This document shows positions 11,501-19,559 of a stretch of 20,000 bases of DNA, one piece after another (positions within the stretch are counted from its first letter, which is position 1; the number at the start of each line of letters is the position of its first letter). This DNA comes from Chiloscyllium plagiosum (Eukaryota). The position numbers were made by a program, and so were the translations under genes. The notes below the pieces were generated by a model. The model had not been told where the DNA came from, did no database searches, and saw only the letters and a program-made list of their open reading frames with translations. The DNA lies in contig NC_057717.1 of assembly GCF_004010195.1 (NCBI RefSeq), forward strand, positions 106,751,618 through 106,771,617, given 5' to 3'.

Positions 11501-13441
11501 GATTCTGTGAAGCTATTAGTCCAGCACCCCTCACACTCCAGCCCACCTCTCCCAGAGAAAGGCAGCACCACCAGTTACAGCCCCTCCTTGAGAGAGTGAA
11601 CAGCACCAGTTAGCATTGTGGTGTCTCCCACATGTGAGCACATTGGCTGGTAGGGGTGGGGGTATATCTTTCTGAGAACCATCAAACAATTAAAAAGATA
11701 AAGGGTGTGTAGATAATCACTAAACACAAAGCAGAAAGTCATTGCTAAAGATATCTTTATATTCCTGGTGCCCACGTGTTTTCCATTTAGCTCTCCTATT
11801 TCATTGCGGTCATGAATGTTAATTCTTAATAAACAATTACATTTCTCCTGTCTTTAGGATGAGAAAAAGGTGTTGAAAGAGGTGGAAGAGAAAGATGAAG
11901 CTCTTCGGAACAAAGCATCTCTCAGTATCCCTCTGGTTCAGGAGTCTGAGGATGATAAACACCTGGCTTCGCTTCTCAAATTCCATACTATGGATTGTAA
12001 GTTGGGTGACGATCAATATTAATGCGTAGAAGGGTGCAGAGTAGGAGCTGATTTCAGCATTAACACTGCTGCATTACAGCTGTGTTTATAGGAAGGAAAA
12101 TTCTCAACTAATATCTTGGGAGCAATATGGTTCATCCTCTGGTGTTCTGGGAAAGTCCTAGGCAATGTCTGTGGTTTCTCAGCACCCAGTCTGGAACAGG
12201 GGAGGGTATCATTGTGAGTGATGGTAAAGTACATGGTCAGGGAGACCTGGCAAAGCTCTCTGAAGTCCATGTAACCAGATTCTCTGTGTAGTCAGAGAGT
12301 GACGACACACACACTGGGTCTGTGCAATGGGGTGTCCCAGAACTCCCCACCCACTGTGATTTTGTAAACTTCCATGGGGGCGCATGGGGTTCAAGGTCAC
12401 TGTATCAGTGTTAGGGACAGAGGAGCTAAAGAAACCCTTTAGGCTAAGAACCTCAGGGTTAAATGCATTTGGTCAAAACTGAATACAAAGAGAATAGCGT
12501 TCACCTCTGAGAATCCATGATGATGGCACTGACTCTCTGTAGCAGTCCCTACCTGTGCTGAATTTGGTTTCAGCTGAAGATCACTGGGACATGACGAATA
12601 ATCACCTGATTCAGTAAGACTGACCCAGTTTGAACCACTCATTATCTAATGACTCCAAACTGGATTATGCATGTGTCTCAGCAGTAACATTCTCGAGTAA
12701 AATGACCCTTTGGGTAAGTTAGAATATTTCCTCTTGTACTAAAGAGCAGAGCTTAAAGATCATTGATGTGTCACCAAGAAATACGGTTGGAAATTCAGGA
12801 GAAACATGTACACCACAGGGAGGGACTGAATAAGAAATTTAACATTTTGAGGGAGAATGTTGAAGAGGGTTAAGCTGAGATTAAATGGAAAGAAGTTTGA
12901 GTGTCTCTAAAACGCCAGGCCAGGCGGACTGACCTGTTTGTTTCTGTTGTATCTGCGGGAATTGCAGTGATTCTGATGTTCCACTATTTCTTATACAGCC
13001 TACGAGGACAAGCAAAGGTTGAAAAGGAAGGAAATCACCTCCAGGTCCTGGTTTGCATCATCACAAGTTGCCATGGGAGAGAAGGCTGGTGAGACCTTGA
13101 AAAAACTTGGCCTGAATAAAATATTAACAACCAAATCCACAAACAGCCCAAATGGATTTGCTGCAAGTAATCTTGGAATAATTCGACGGAAATCAGAAAG
13201 CCAGAAACAGCAGTCGCTCTTGATCAGCAGAAAGAAGGATTCTGGATCGAAGATGAGAAATAGAACAGATCAAAAGGACCATGTTCCAGACAGTACAACT
13301 GGAGACTGTGTTAGTGACTTGAAGGAAGAAGCTGACATTTCCCTACAGACTGAAGCGGTGATAGACTCGGATCGAGATCTCAATACCAGCTCCCTTGTTG
13401 CAGACTATTCTGACTCTAGTTCAGACACCGATGTTGTCTGA
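5531..13441 (+). CDS. YJU2B: YJU2B/CCDC130 splicing factor, full spliced CDS: join(5531..5533,7750..7803,8746..8828,9331..9386,10059..10119,10846..10988,11311..11483,11858..11996,12999..13441); 384 aa
   Basis: Manual splicing at GT-AG sites gives MGERKGVNKYYPPDFDPAKHGSLNKYRNSHPLRERARKLSQGILIIRFEMPYNIWCDGCGKHIGMGVRYNAEKKKVGNYYTTPIYRFRMKCHLCVNHIEMQTDPANCDYVIVSGARRKEERWDM...SSLVADYSDSSSDTDVV. This matches vertebrate CCDC130 as I recall it, including two CxxC zinc motifs and the C-terminal LVADYSDS motif. Exon lengths 3+54+83+56+61+143+173+139+443=1155 with consistent phases. Confidence 0.97.
5621..5705. mobile_element. Short PLE-type terminal-repeat footprint with inverted 5' piece
   Basis: AAAAATCACATAAC (about 5624-5637) is roughly the reverse complement of ATTGTGTGACTTTT (about 5655-5668). 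TTGGACTATAACCTGG...TTTTAACTTTGTCCACCCC resembles a repeat end I recall from shark genomes. Confidence 0.5.
5766..6100 (-). mobile_element. HE1-type V-SINE, near full length
   Basis: Homologous to 1-217; minus strand has A box TGGCTCAGTGG, B box GGTTCGATTCT, V-domain and CR1-like tail GGGCCTGTTTCCACACTGTAAGGATTCTA. Confidence 0.9.
6200..7130 (+). mobile_element. CR1/HER1-like LINE RT 3' region in the intron after YJU2B exon 2
   Basis: SKFADDIKIG; ORF 6473..6847 LYRILVRPLLESCIQFWSP...LERVQKRFTR...RVRGDLLEIYKIM; tail GGGTCTATTTCCACGCTGTACATCTCCATGACTCTAT. Confidence 0.92.
7750..7803 (+). CDS. YJU2B: YJU2B coding exon (GERKGVNKYYPPDFDPAK)
   Basis: Acceptor ttttttcttccctatag; donor AAG|GTAAGA; conserved peptide. 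Confidence 0.97.
7905..8118 (+). mobile_element. LINE 3' end (CR1/L2 group)
   Basis: ATCCTGACTTGGAAC...CCTTCACTGTTGCTGG...AACAGCACTGTGGGTGTA...CTCAAGGGC...GGGCAATA...ATCCCATGAATAAT; the same tail occurs inverted at about 13885-13925. Confidence 0.6.
8195..8580 (+). mobile_element. Old CR1-like LINE 3' fragment
   Basis: CTAGATAGGCTGGGGTTGTTTCCCTTAGAGGGCAGAAG...GATCTGTTTGAGGTGTA...ATGGGCTGAAAGGCCTCTTTCTG, collinear with the other CR1 copies. Confidence 0.75.
8746..8828 (+). CDS. YJU2B: YJU2B coding exon (HGSLNKYRNSHPLRERARKLSQGILIIR)
   Basis: Acceptor ctaacctgacag; donor CG|GTGAGT; conserved peptide. Confidence 0.97.
9017..9036. repeat. (CT)10 microsatellite
   Basis: Direct read. Confidence 0.9.
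9331..9386 (+). CDS. YJU2B: YJU2B coding exon (FEMPYNIWCDGCGKHIGM), first CxxC
   Basis: Acceptor tgctttctcaaag; donor G|GTAAGT. Confidence 0.97.
9665..10010. repeat. Degenerate tandem array of about 60-70 bp units with shorter partial units
   Basis: Recurring GGGAGCTTTACTCTGTATCTAACCCTGTGCTGTCCCTGTCCTGGGAGTGTTTGATGGGGACAGTGTAGA-like units at about 9672, 9737, 9794 and 9923, plus partial TTTACTTGG units at about 9871 and 9900. Confidence 0.8.
10059..10119 (+). CDS. YJU2B: YJU2B coding exon (GVRYNAEKKKVGNYYTTPIYR)
   Basis: Acceptor cctttcctcattccag; donor AG|GTACCA. Confidence 0.97.
10846..10988 (+). CDS. YJU2B: YJU2B coding exon (FRMKCHLCVNHIEMQTDPANCDYVIVSGARRKEERWDMKDNEQILTT), second CxxC
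   Basis: Lies inside ORF 10796..10993; acceptor gttgcag; donor G|GTTAGT. Confidence 0.97.
11311..11483 (+). CDS. YJU2B: YJU2B coding exon (EHEEKKLLETDAMYKLEHG...WKDDFAMNSMLRKKFR)
   Basis: Lies inside ORF 11265..11510; acceptor cctccag; donor CGG|GTGCGT. Confidence 0.96.
11858..11996 (+). CDS. YJU2B: YJU2B coding exon (DEKKVLKEVEEKDEALRNKASLSIPLVQESEDDKHLASLLKFHTMD)
   Basis: Acceptor tttctcctgtctttag; donor T|GTAAGT; absent from the ORF track but in frame. Confidence 0.96.
12999..13441 (+). CDS. YJU2B: YJU2B last coding exon (SYEDKQRLKRKEITSRSWF...SSLVADYSDSSSDTDVV*)
   Basis: Acceptor tttcttatacag; contains ORF 13019..13441; stop TGA at 13439-13441. Confidence 0.96.
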
Positions 13442-13457
13442 GCTGTGCCTGTGTGTA

Positions 13458-13502
13458 AATAAATGCAAATAGGTTCATGATTTACAATTCCTGTACAATA
13501 AA
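13458..13502 (+). terminator. Two polyadenylation signals for YJU2B (AATAAA at 13458-13463 and 13497-13502)
   Basis: Canonical hexamers just after the stop codon; GT-rich CCTGTGTTTCTG at about 13515. Confidence 0.6.
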
Positions 13503-13879
13503 TACTCACATCAACCTGTGTTTCTGAGGGAATCTAGTTATTGAAGTTAACCTGTGACATTGACCTTCAGGAGCAGCATGCTCCATGATCAACCTTGGGC
13601 TTGATCCCAAACTTGGTGTCTGTCCCCAATCAGCTTGGAAAACCATGTGAGAAAACCACTTTCTATAATTACATGAAATGTTCAACACTGAAACAGGTGT
13701 GGTTAATGTTGCACACAATCCTGTGTCCACCCCATCAACAGAATCTTGTGTCTATCTGTCACTTGAAAGCTAATACCGTTCTCCTCAGCCACTCCTTGTG
13801 GTACCTAGTTCCATCTTATCACCTGTCTCCAGGTAACGGTTTTTTCTGAATGCTTTATAAGTAATTATATTCTTCTTTT

Positions 13880-15235
13880 GTGCACAAGGCCAGCACTTAT
13901 TGCCCATTTTTAGTTGCCCTGGAACTGAGAGGCTTACTAGACCAATGCAGAGGATGGTTGCTATGAGTCTATGATGACATACATCACACACGAGGTAAGA
14001 ACGACCAAATTCCTTCTCCAAAAGACACCGTGAACTGGATGGATTGTTACAATAATGATAATAGTTATAGTCTTCATTACGGAGGCTAGCTTTCAATTCC
14101 AAATTTATTGAATTTAAATTTAATCAGCTGCCAGGGAGGAATTCAATCCCATTTTCCTCAGGTTATTAGAAAAGAAATTAATCTCCAGTCGGAGGCAAGG
14201 TTGTTGGAGTAGTCTGCATAGCTTTGTCAGCAGGAGCTGATGCCTAACCAGTTTTTTTTTAATGTTTCGAGGATGTGACCAGGTGTGAGAGTGCAGTTGA
14301 TGTAGTTTAAATGGATTTAAGGAAAACCTTTGACAAGTTCCCACATGGGACCCTGATTAAAGAAGGAAAAAACACAAAGGATCCAGGGTTACTTGGCAAG
14401 TTGGATGTAAGTCGGTTAACAGGGAGGAAGAAAGTCTTGAGTTCTTGGAGGATATAGATGGATTTGTCAGATGAGCAAATCAGTGGCAGATGGAATTTAA
14501 CACTGGTAAGTGAGGTGATACACATTGGAAGAAGGAATAAGGTAAGTGAGTGCTCAATGAATGACCAGAGCCTCTGGTCCACAAATCCCTGAAGTTGGTA
14601 GGACAGGTCAATAGGGCGATTAAGAGGCATTCAGGACCCTTACCTTTAAAACCCTAACCTCCCTGCTCTTCTAATTTATGTTAGAGTTGTACAGAACTTT
14701 GGTCAGGCCGCAGCTGGAGTACTGTGTGCAGTTACAGGAAGGATGTTGTTTGGGGTGGAGCAGTTCAGTTATGAAGAGAAATTGGATAAGCTCTGGTGGT
14801 TCTGCTTGGAGCAGAGCAGGTTGGTGGGAACCTGATTGATGTATATGAGATTTGAGGGGCGTGGACAGGGTGGATAGGAACAGCTGTTCCCCTCAGTTGA
14901 GGATTTAGTAATAAGGAGACGTAATTTTAAGGTGAAGGCAAGAGGTTTAGAGGGATTTGAGGCAATTTATTGAGGCTGGAGGGGATCTGGAATACACTGG
15001 AGGGTAGTTGGATGCTTAAATCTCATTATCTTTTAAAAAGTGCTTGGATGCACTCTGTGGAATATTATGATATTCAAGGCCATGTGCCAAGTGCTGGAGT
15101 GGGACTTGTGTAGACTTGAATTGTTTTTGTCGGTACAGACTTGGGCCAAAAGGCCTCTTTTGTGCTGTCTGTTTCTATGATTAGTCTGGGCTCTGGATTA
15201 CTGGGTCAGTGAAAATATCATGGCATCTCCCCATC
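13880..15235 (-). mobile_element. tRNA-derived SINE (tail and body about 13880-14150, head about 15180-15235) split by a CR1 insertion
   Basis: Minus-strand head GATGCCATGATATTTTCACTGACCCAGTAATCCAGAGCCCAGACTAAT continues at about 14150 as GGGATTGAATTCTCCCTGGCAGCTGATTAAATTTAAATTCAATAAAT; the tail matches the LINE end at about 8050-8090. Confidence 0.55.
14270..15180 (+). mobile_element. CR1-like LINE fragment (heavily deleted)
   Basis: DVV*MDLRKTFDKFPH-like motif (14298-14345), WQMEFN (about 14484), LYRTLVRPQLEYCVQ (14687-14731), tail GGGCCAAAAGGCCTCTTTTGTGCTGT. Confidence 0.82.
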
Positions 15236-15619
15236 ACCCACCCATATGAATTAAATAATTATCTGCTGGGCTTGTCACTTTGCTTCCCCCTTGTGCCCAA
15301 GTGGAAATATCTGTAAGCATTCCCATCAAACACTTAACCTTTAAAAGGTTAGGAAGGATGGTTGACTGTCACTGAGTGAAAGGTGCTGAGGGATAAAAGA
15401 AGGCTCAGTGTTTTTAGTAAGTGGTGGCAAATCTCCCCTCTGCTGGGTCACAATGGAGGGAAAGTAAAGTGACGATAAATGAGACAGAAGAAAATGTAAA
15501 CTCAGCAGCTCAGTAATTGTAGAATTTATTAATTCTTTTACAATTCCATCCCAGGTTGAAACATAATCAAAATATTGTCGATAATAAAAATCTGAAAAAA
15601 GTTGCGGGAAATGCATATG

Positions 15620-15830
15620 TTTTCTCTCTCCACAAGTGCTGTCTGACCTGCTGAATATTTCATTTTCGTTTCAGCATATCTCTGGGTTTAATAGGCAGTG
15701 CCCTCAGCTCACATTAACTGGTTAACACCATAAGTAAAAGCAAAGGACTGTGCATACTTGAGATTTGAAATATAGAAAATATTGGAAAAATTCAGTTTGT
15801 TTGGCAGCACCTGTGGAGAGACAGGTTAAC
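15620..15830. repeat. Inverted pair of short repeat-end fragments (PLE-type terminal sequence)
   Basis: TCTCTCCACAAGTGCTGTCTGACCTGCTGAATATTTC (+, about 15625-15661) versus GAAAAATTCAGTTTGTTTGGCAGCACCTGTGGAGAGA (about 15785-15821), its approximate reverse complement. Also similar to TGCTGCCTGACCTGCTG at 18552-18568. Confidence 0.55.
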
Positions 15831-16142
15831 ACACTCTGGCTGGTGTTATGTTATTCGAGTATGTCCGATTTGGACTTTAGAGGAAGTACATGCACAAGCT
15901 CATTTAAAGCCCCTGGTGGGGATTCACAATCCAGACAAAGGGTTGCCTGTTAAATTAACAAAATCATAAACTTCAGCTCAATTCCACCCCCACTCCTAAA
16001 AGATTTGAGTTTGAGATTTTAGTGTGGTCAGAGAGAAATTTTGGAAAGTAGTATTTGCAAAGCTTGATTTTGGAGGTTGTGCTTTCATTAAAAATTGTTA
16101 AACGTTATTTAATGGTGTGAAGTGAACTTGAAAAGTGCAAAT

Positions 16143-16376
16143 CATAGAATCCCGATTAATAGTGAAGTAGGACATTCAGCACACGCCGACTCTCCAAAGT
16201 GCATTCCACCCAACCCTGCATTCCCCTGGCTAATCCATCTAACCTACACATCTTTAGACTGTGGGAGGAAATTGGAGTACCTGGAGGAAACCCACACAGA
16301 CGTGTGGAGAACATGCAAAATCCACACAGTCACCAAAGGGTGCAATCAAACCCAGTCTCTGTGCTAACCACTGAGT
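16143..16376 (-). mobile_element. HE1-type V-SINE, partly deleted
   Basis: Homologous to 1-217 and 5766-6100 (CTAACCTACACATCTTTAGACTGTGGGAGGAAA...GGAAACCCACACAGAC...GTGCTAACCACTGAG). Confidence 0.85.
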
Positions 16377-16749
16377 CAAATGTCAGACATTTTGTAACAT
16401 AATTAGAAAATAATCTTATCTTTGACCTTAAAAGGCCTTCAACTCTTATAGATGCTGTGTCGATGTGAATTTGTAATGCATTTCTTTTAACAATCTGTTT
16501 TAAATATATGTAGGTAAAGGATTTAAATGAAAATTTCAGAAGTGAAAAACTTTTAACGCTTGTAGTAAAAATGTTGCTGAATTACTGAGATGGACATTGA
16601 ATGTAATATTACATCTCACTTTGAACTGGTCATTATAGAATCCTCATATGCTTAGACACCGTTATTTACATGCCTGCATGTGTGAGATGTCATCTTCCAC
16701 AATACTGATGCTTCAATGGTTGACATGATGCAGATTCATTTGATCATAT

Positions 16750-17250
16750 GATGCAGGATTATCATTTCTTGCTTGTGGTTCATTTTGTCGTGGGACTAGT
16801 GATGTGTAACATTTCATTACAAGGTCCTTTGTTTATCAGATGATTGAGATAATCTTATGGTTTAAAATTAACAGATTTGCCAAGATTCTAAAATGTGAAT
16901 GCAGATAACCAGCAAAGTGCACATGATTCATTTTGTCCTGGTGAACTCAGTTGCAACAGGCCATGATTTCTACACTCGGATTCGGACGATAGTCTTTGGG
17001 TGACAAAGGGCACCCTCTGAAAACGTGGTTTGATGACCGAATTTCACAGGAACAGCACTGAGGCAGGAAGGACACACCTTGGACACAACACAGCAAGTAC
17101 AGGAGAAAACCATTTGAGTACTCCGAACATGCTTCCTTTTACTTAGACAGGTAAGGCAGTACCTTACTGTACTTGCATGAGACAGTGTCCAAGATTGGGG
17201 CTGCAGGTTGTGCACTGCAAAGTTTTACTGTTGAATAAGGATTGAGCCTA
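16750..17250 (+). mobile_element. PIF/Harbinger (HARBI1-like) DDE transposase fossil
   Basis: Frameshifted translation shows Harbinger motifs in order: LSFLACGSF..TSDV (from 16759), VNA...SAHDSF-VL (16895-16940), LGDKGHPLKTW-LMT (16996-17038), EKTI*VLRTCF-YLDR*GSTLLY...VSKIGAAGCALQSF (17103-17226). Confidence 0.82.
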
Positions 17251-17999
17251 GACCCTGGAGAGAAACGAGTGGAGCAGCAGATTCGATGGATAAATGTTCC
17301 ACGGATCCTGATGCAGGTGAAAGAAGGTGAAGCAGCCCTGGTATACCAACAGCAGTGAGAATGTCTGCTTCCTACAGTTTTTGCTCCTTAAATCTGAATG
17401 ACTGTATCTCCCTCCTGAAAAGCTGTTTGTTTGTCACTCTCTTTGACAGTGTTGATATTAAATTAAAACATTGTTTTGACTATACAAAATAGGGCAAAAG
17501 TGCATTCTTAACGTCTGAACTGTCATGATTTATAAGTGGCAATGCAAAATTATGACAGGAATAGCAGATAATTTTTTTTTAAGTGACACCAGGACTGTTT
17601 TGAAACCTTCTATTTGCTTTAAGAAATGCTGCCTTCAGGAAAATGAACCATAGGACAAAAAATACAATACTAAATGTACAGTTAAGTGAGTTTCAAGATA
17701 AAGGCAAGATGTGAAAATAGACAAAGTCTGTCCCCCATAACCCCCCAACCCCCAATTGTTATGGTCCCTCGATGCTCCCATGTTTTCCTCTTCTATTGAA
17801 GGGATCTGCTCTGTTCTCCATGCAAGCTCAGGAGCAGCTGTCTCTGCTGTGGGCTTCATCTGGTCACAGACTGCAAGAGGTTGCCCTTGGTCTGATGTGC
17901 CATTGTCACAGTCCCAGCCGGTAGCTGCCTCTGAGAAACTGTTCTGCTGTACAAAATGTATAAACCTATGTTCAATCCTGTGCGGGATTGATGAACAGC

Positions 18000-18630
18000 T
18001 GGCGTTTTGGGCAGAAACTCTTTTTATCAAGAATGTGGCGGGGGGAGGGAGCTGAGACATAAATAGGGGAGTGGGGTGGAACTGTGGGGCATGGGGTGGG
18101 GGGGGAGAAGGTAGGTGGGAAAGCAATAAGTGAATACAGGTGGGAGGTAATTGTGATAGGGTGGTGGGGAGAGTGGAGCAGAGACTCCTCCACTGCCAAA
18201 TCAAAGCCATCCACCAACTGAAGGAAGATTGCCTCATCTTCTGCCTCAGGACCCTACAACCACATAGCATCAACATCGACTTCATCAGTTTCCACACCTC
18301 GACTCCCCTCACGTCATCTCAGATCCAACCTGACAAACTGTCCATATTTTTTCCCACCTATCCACTCCATCCTCCCCACTGACCTATCACAATTATCTCC
18401 TGACTGCATCTACCTATCACCTTCCCAGCTACCTTCACCCCAGCCTCATCCTTAATCTACCCCCCCCCCCCCTTATCTCTCAGGCCCCCTCTCTCTCCAC
18501 ATTCCTGATGAAGAGCTTATGTCTGAAACATTGACTCTTCTGCTCCTTACATGCTGCCTGACCTGCTGTGATTTTCCAGCAGTACACTTTTTGACTGATT
18601 CTTCAGCATCTGCGGTCCTCACATTCTCTT
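18000..18630 (+). mobile_element. Penelope-like element 3' end: inverted partial terminal repeat (18000-18180), GIY-YIG endonuclease C-terminus (18180-18300), terminal repeat with degenerate hammerhead (18370-18630)
   Basis: Peptide LLHCQIKAIHQLKEDCLIFCLRTLQPHSINIDF resembles the PLE GIY-YIG C-terminus. 18001-18170 is an approximate reverse complement of 18370-18535. CTGATGA..GAAA at 18505-18528. Confidence 0.82.
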
Positions 18631-18903
18631 AATTGAACTATCAGTCCAGATTGAAGGAATGGGGCTGAATGCTTTCTAACTTATTCCACACTCCCTAAAC
18701 ATGACACCAGACATGCTGAAAGAGCTCTGTATCTTCCTGAAGACCATGTCATGAATCTTGTGGAGGTACTGATGTCCTGGGGATGACTGATCCTGTGCTG
18801 CTAATGCTGCTGCATCCCATACTCATGGAGTATGGTACTTTCCTTGCAGCAATATCATCACATACAGATCTAAAGTTTAAAAATTCTTTGACGAAGCAGC
18901 ATC

Positions 18904-19311
18904 GTGGTGTGCATATATGTTCTCCCTGATGCCCTTACCAGCATCGACAATGCACAGAAACGCCACATTCTCATCCAACCATGTTCCAAAGTGATTGTGA
19001 AATTTCTGACCATAATGAAGAAGTGTGGCTGTATCGGAGAGTTTGAGACTATTAATGACAAAGAGTTGGGAAAATAGTGGTCAGTCTCACTGGCAGACTA
19101 AACAAAGGGGGTGTCATTAGAGCCAGGTTTCGATGTTCCAGTCAAGGAGCTTTAAAGGTGCAGGGATGCTCTGCTGGGAACCTCGTTAGAACAATCTCAG
19201 CTTGGATCATGAACCATGAAGAAGCCAAAAGAAAATGTATGGGAGGAAAGAACCTAGGATTCATTCTCTAAAACTTATTTGTCTATAATAAAACACTGAA
19301 ACCAAAAAAAA
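18904..19311 (+). pseudogene. RPS15A: Processed pseudogene of 40S ribosomal protein S15a (uS8)
   Basis: Intronless and frameshifted: (GTG)[51 protein letters not shown] / [23 protein letters not shown] / DVPVKEL* / [26 protein letters not shown] (TAA 19269-19271), compared with RPS15A [35 protein letters not shown]...[23 protein letters not shown]...[30 protein letters not shown] at 19287-19292, A8 at 19304-19311. Confidence 0.93.
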
Positions 19312-19433
19312 GATAGTGTTGTCTGCACCATGGTCAGGGGCTCAGAACAATATCCGGTGCCCACCCCATTCCCTGACAGTCACCCTGATGGTGACCCCCC
19401 CCATTTTCCCCAGAGAGTGAATCCCCCTGATAC

Positions 19434-19528
19434 TATAAACACCGGAGGAAACATCACAGAAGCACTTCACAGGAACCTCCCAAGCACTGAGGATGTCACC
19501 TAGACAGGGGACGAAACATCTGCAACAA
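19434..19528 (+). ncRNA. Minimal type I hammerhead ribozyme motif within a probable PLE terminal-repeat fragment
   Basis: GCA(19484-86), CTGAGGA(19487-93), T, stem II GTCACCT/AGGGGAC with AGAC loop, GAAA(19513-16), C, ATC cleavage triplet (19518-20), TGC(19521-23, pairs with GCA). Confidence 0.68.
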
Positions 19529-19559
19529 CTGAGGGTGACGTTCCCCTGACAGTGACCCC

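Noticed and set aside
11184..11606. 140-aa minus-strand ORF and overlapping minus ORFs
   Set aside because: Antisense shadows of the YJU2B exon 11311-11483.
12510..12625. Possible intronic C/D snoRNA (ATGATGA followed by several CTGA)
   Set aside because: No convincing terminal stem or recognisable rRNA-antisense element; such short motifs occur by chance. snoscan or Infernal would be decisive.
5534..12998. U12-type introns in YJU2B
   Set aside because: All donors are ordinary GT types; none has the RTATCCTT signature.
16970..17215. Cys-rich 81-aa minus-strand ORF
   Set aside because: Antisense to the Harbinger transposase fossil.
17635..18312. 225-aa minus-strand ORF as an intact gene
   Set aside because: Its N-terminal half is antisense PLE sequence and inverted terminal repeat, so the ORF is chimeric. 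Only the distal half is kept as a weak finding.
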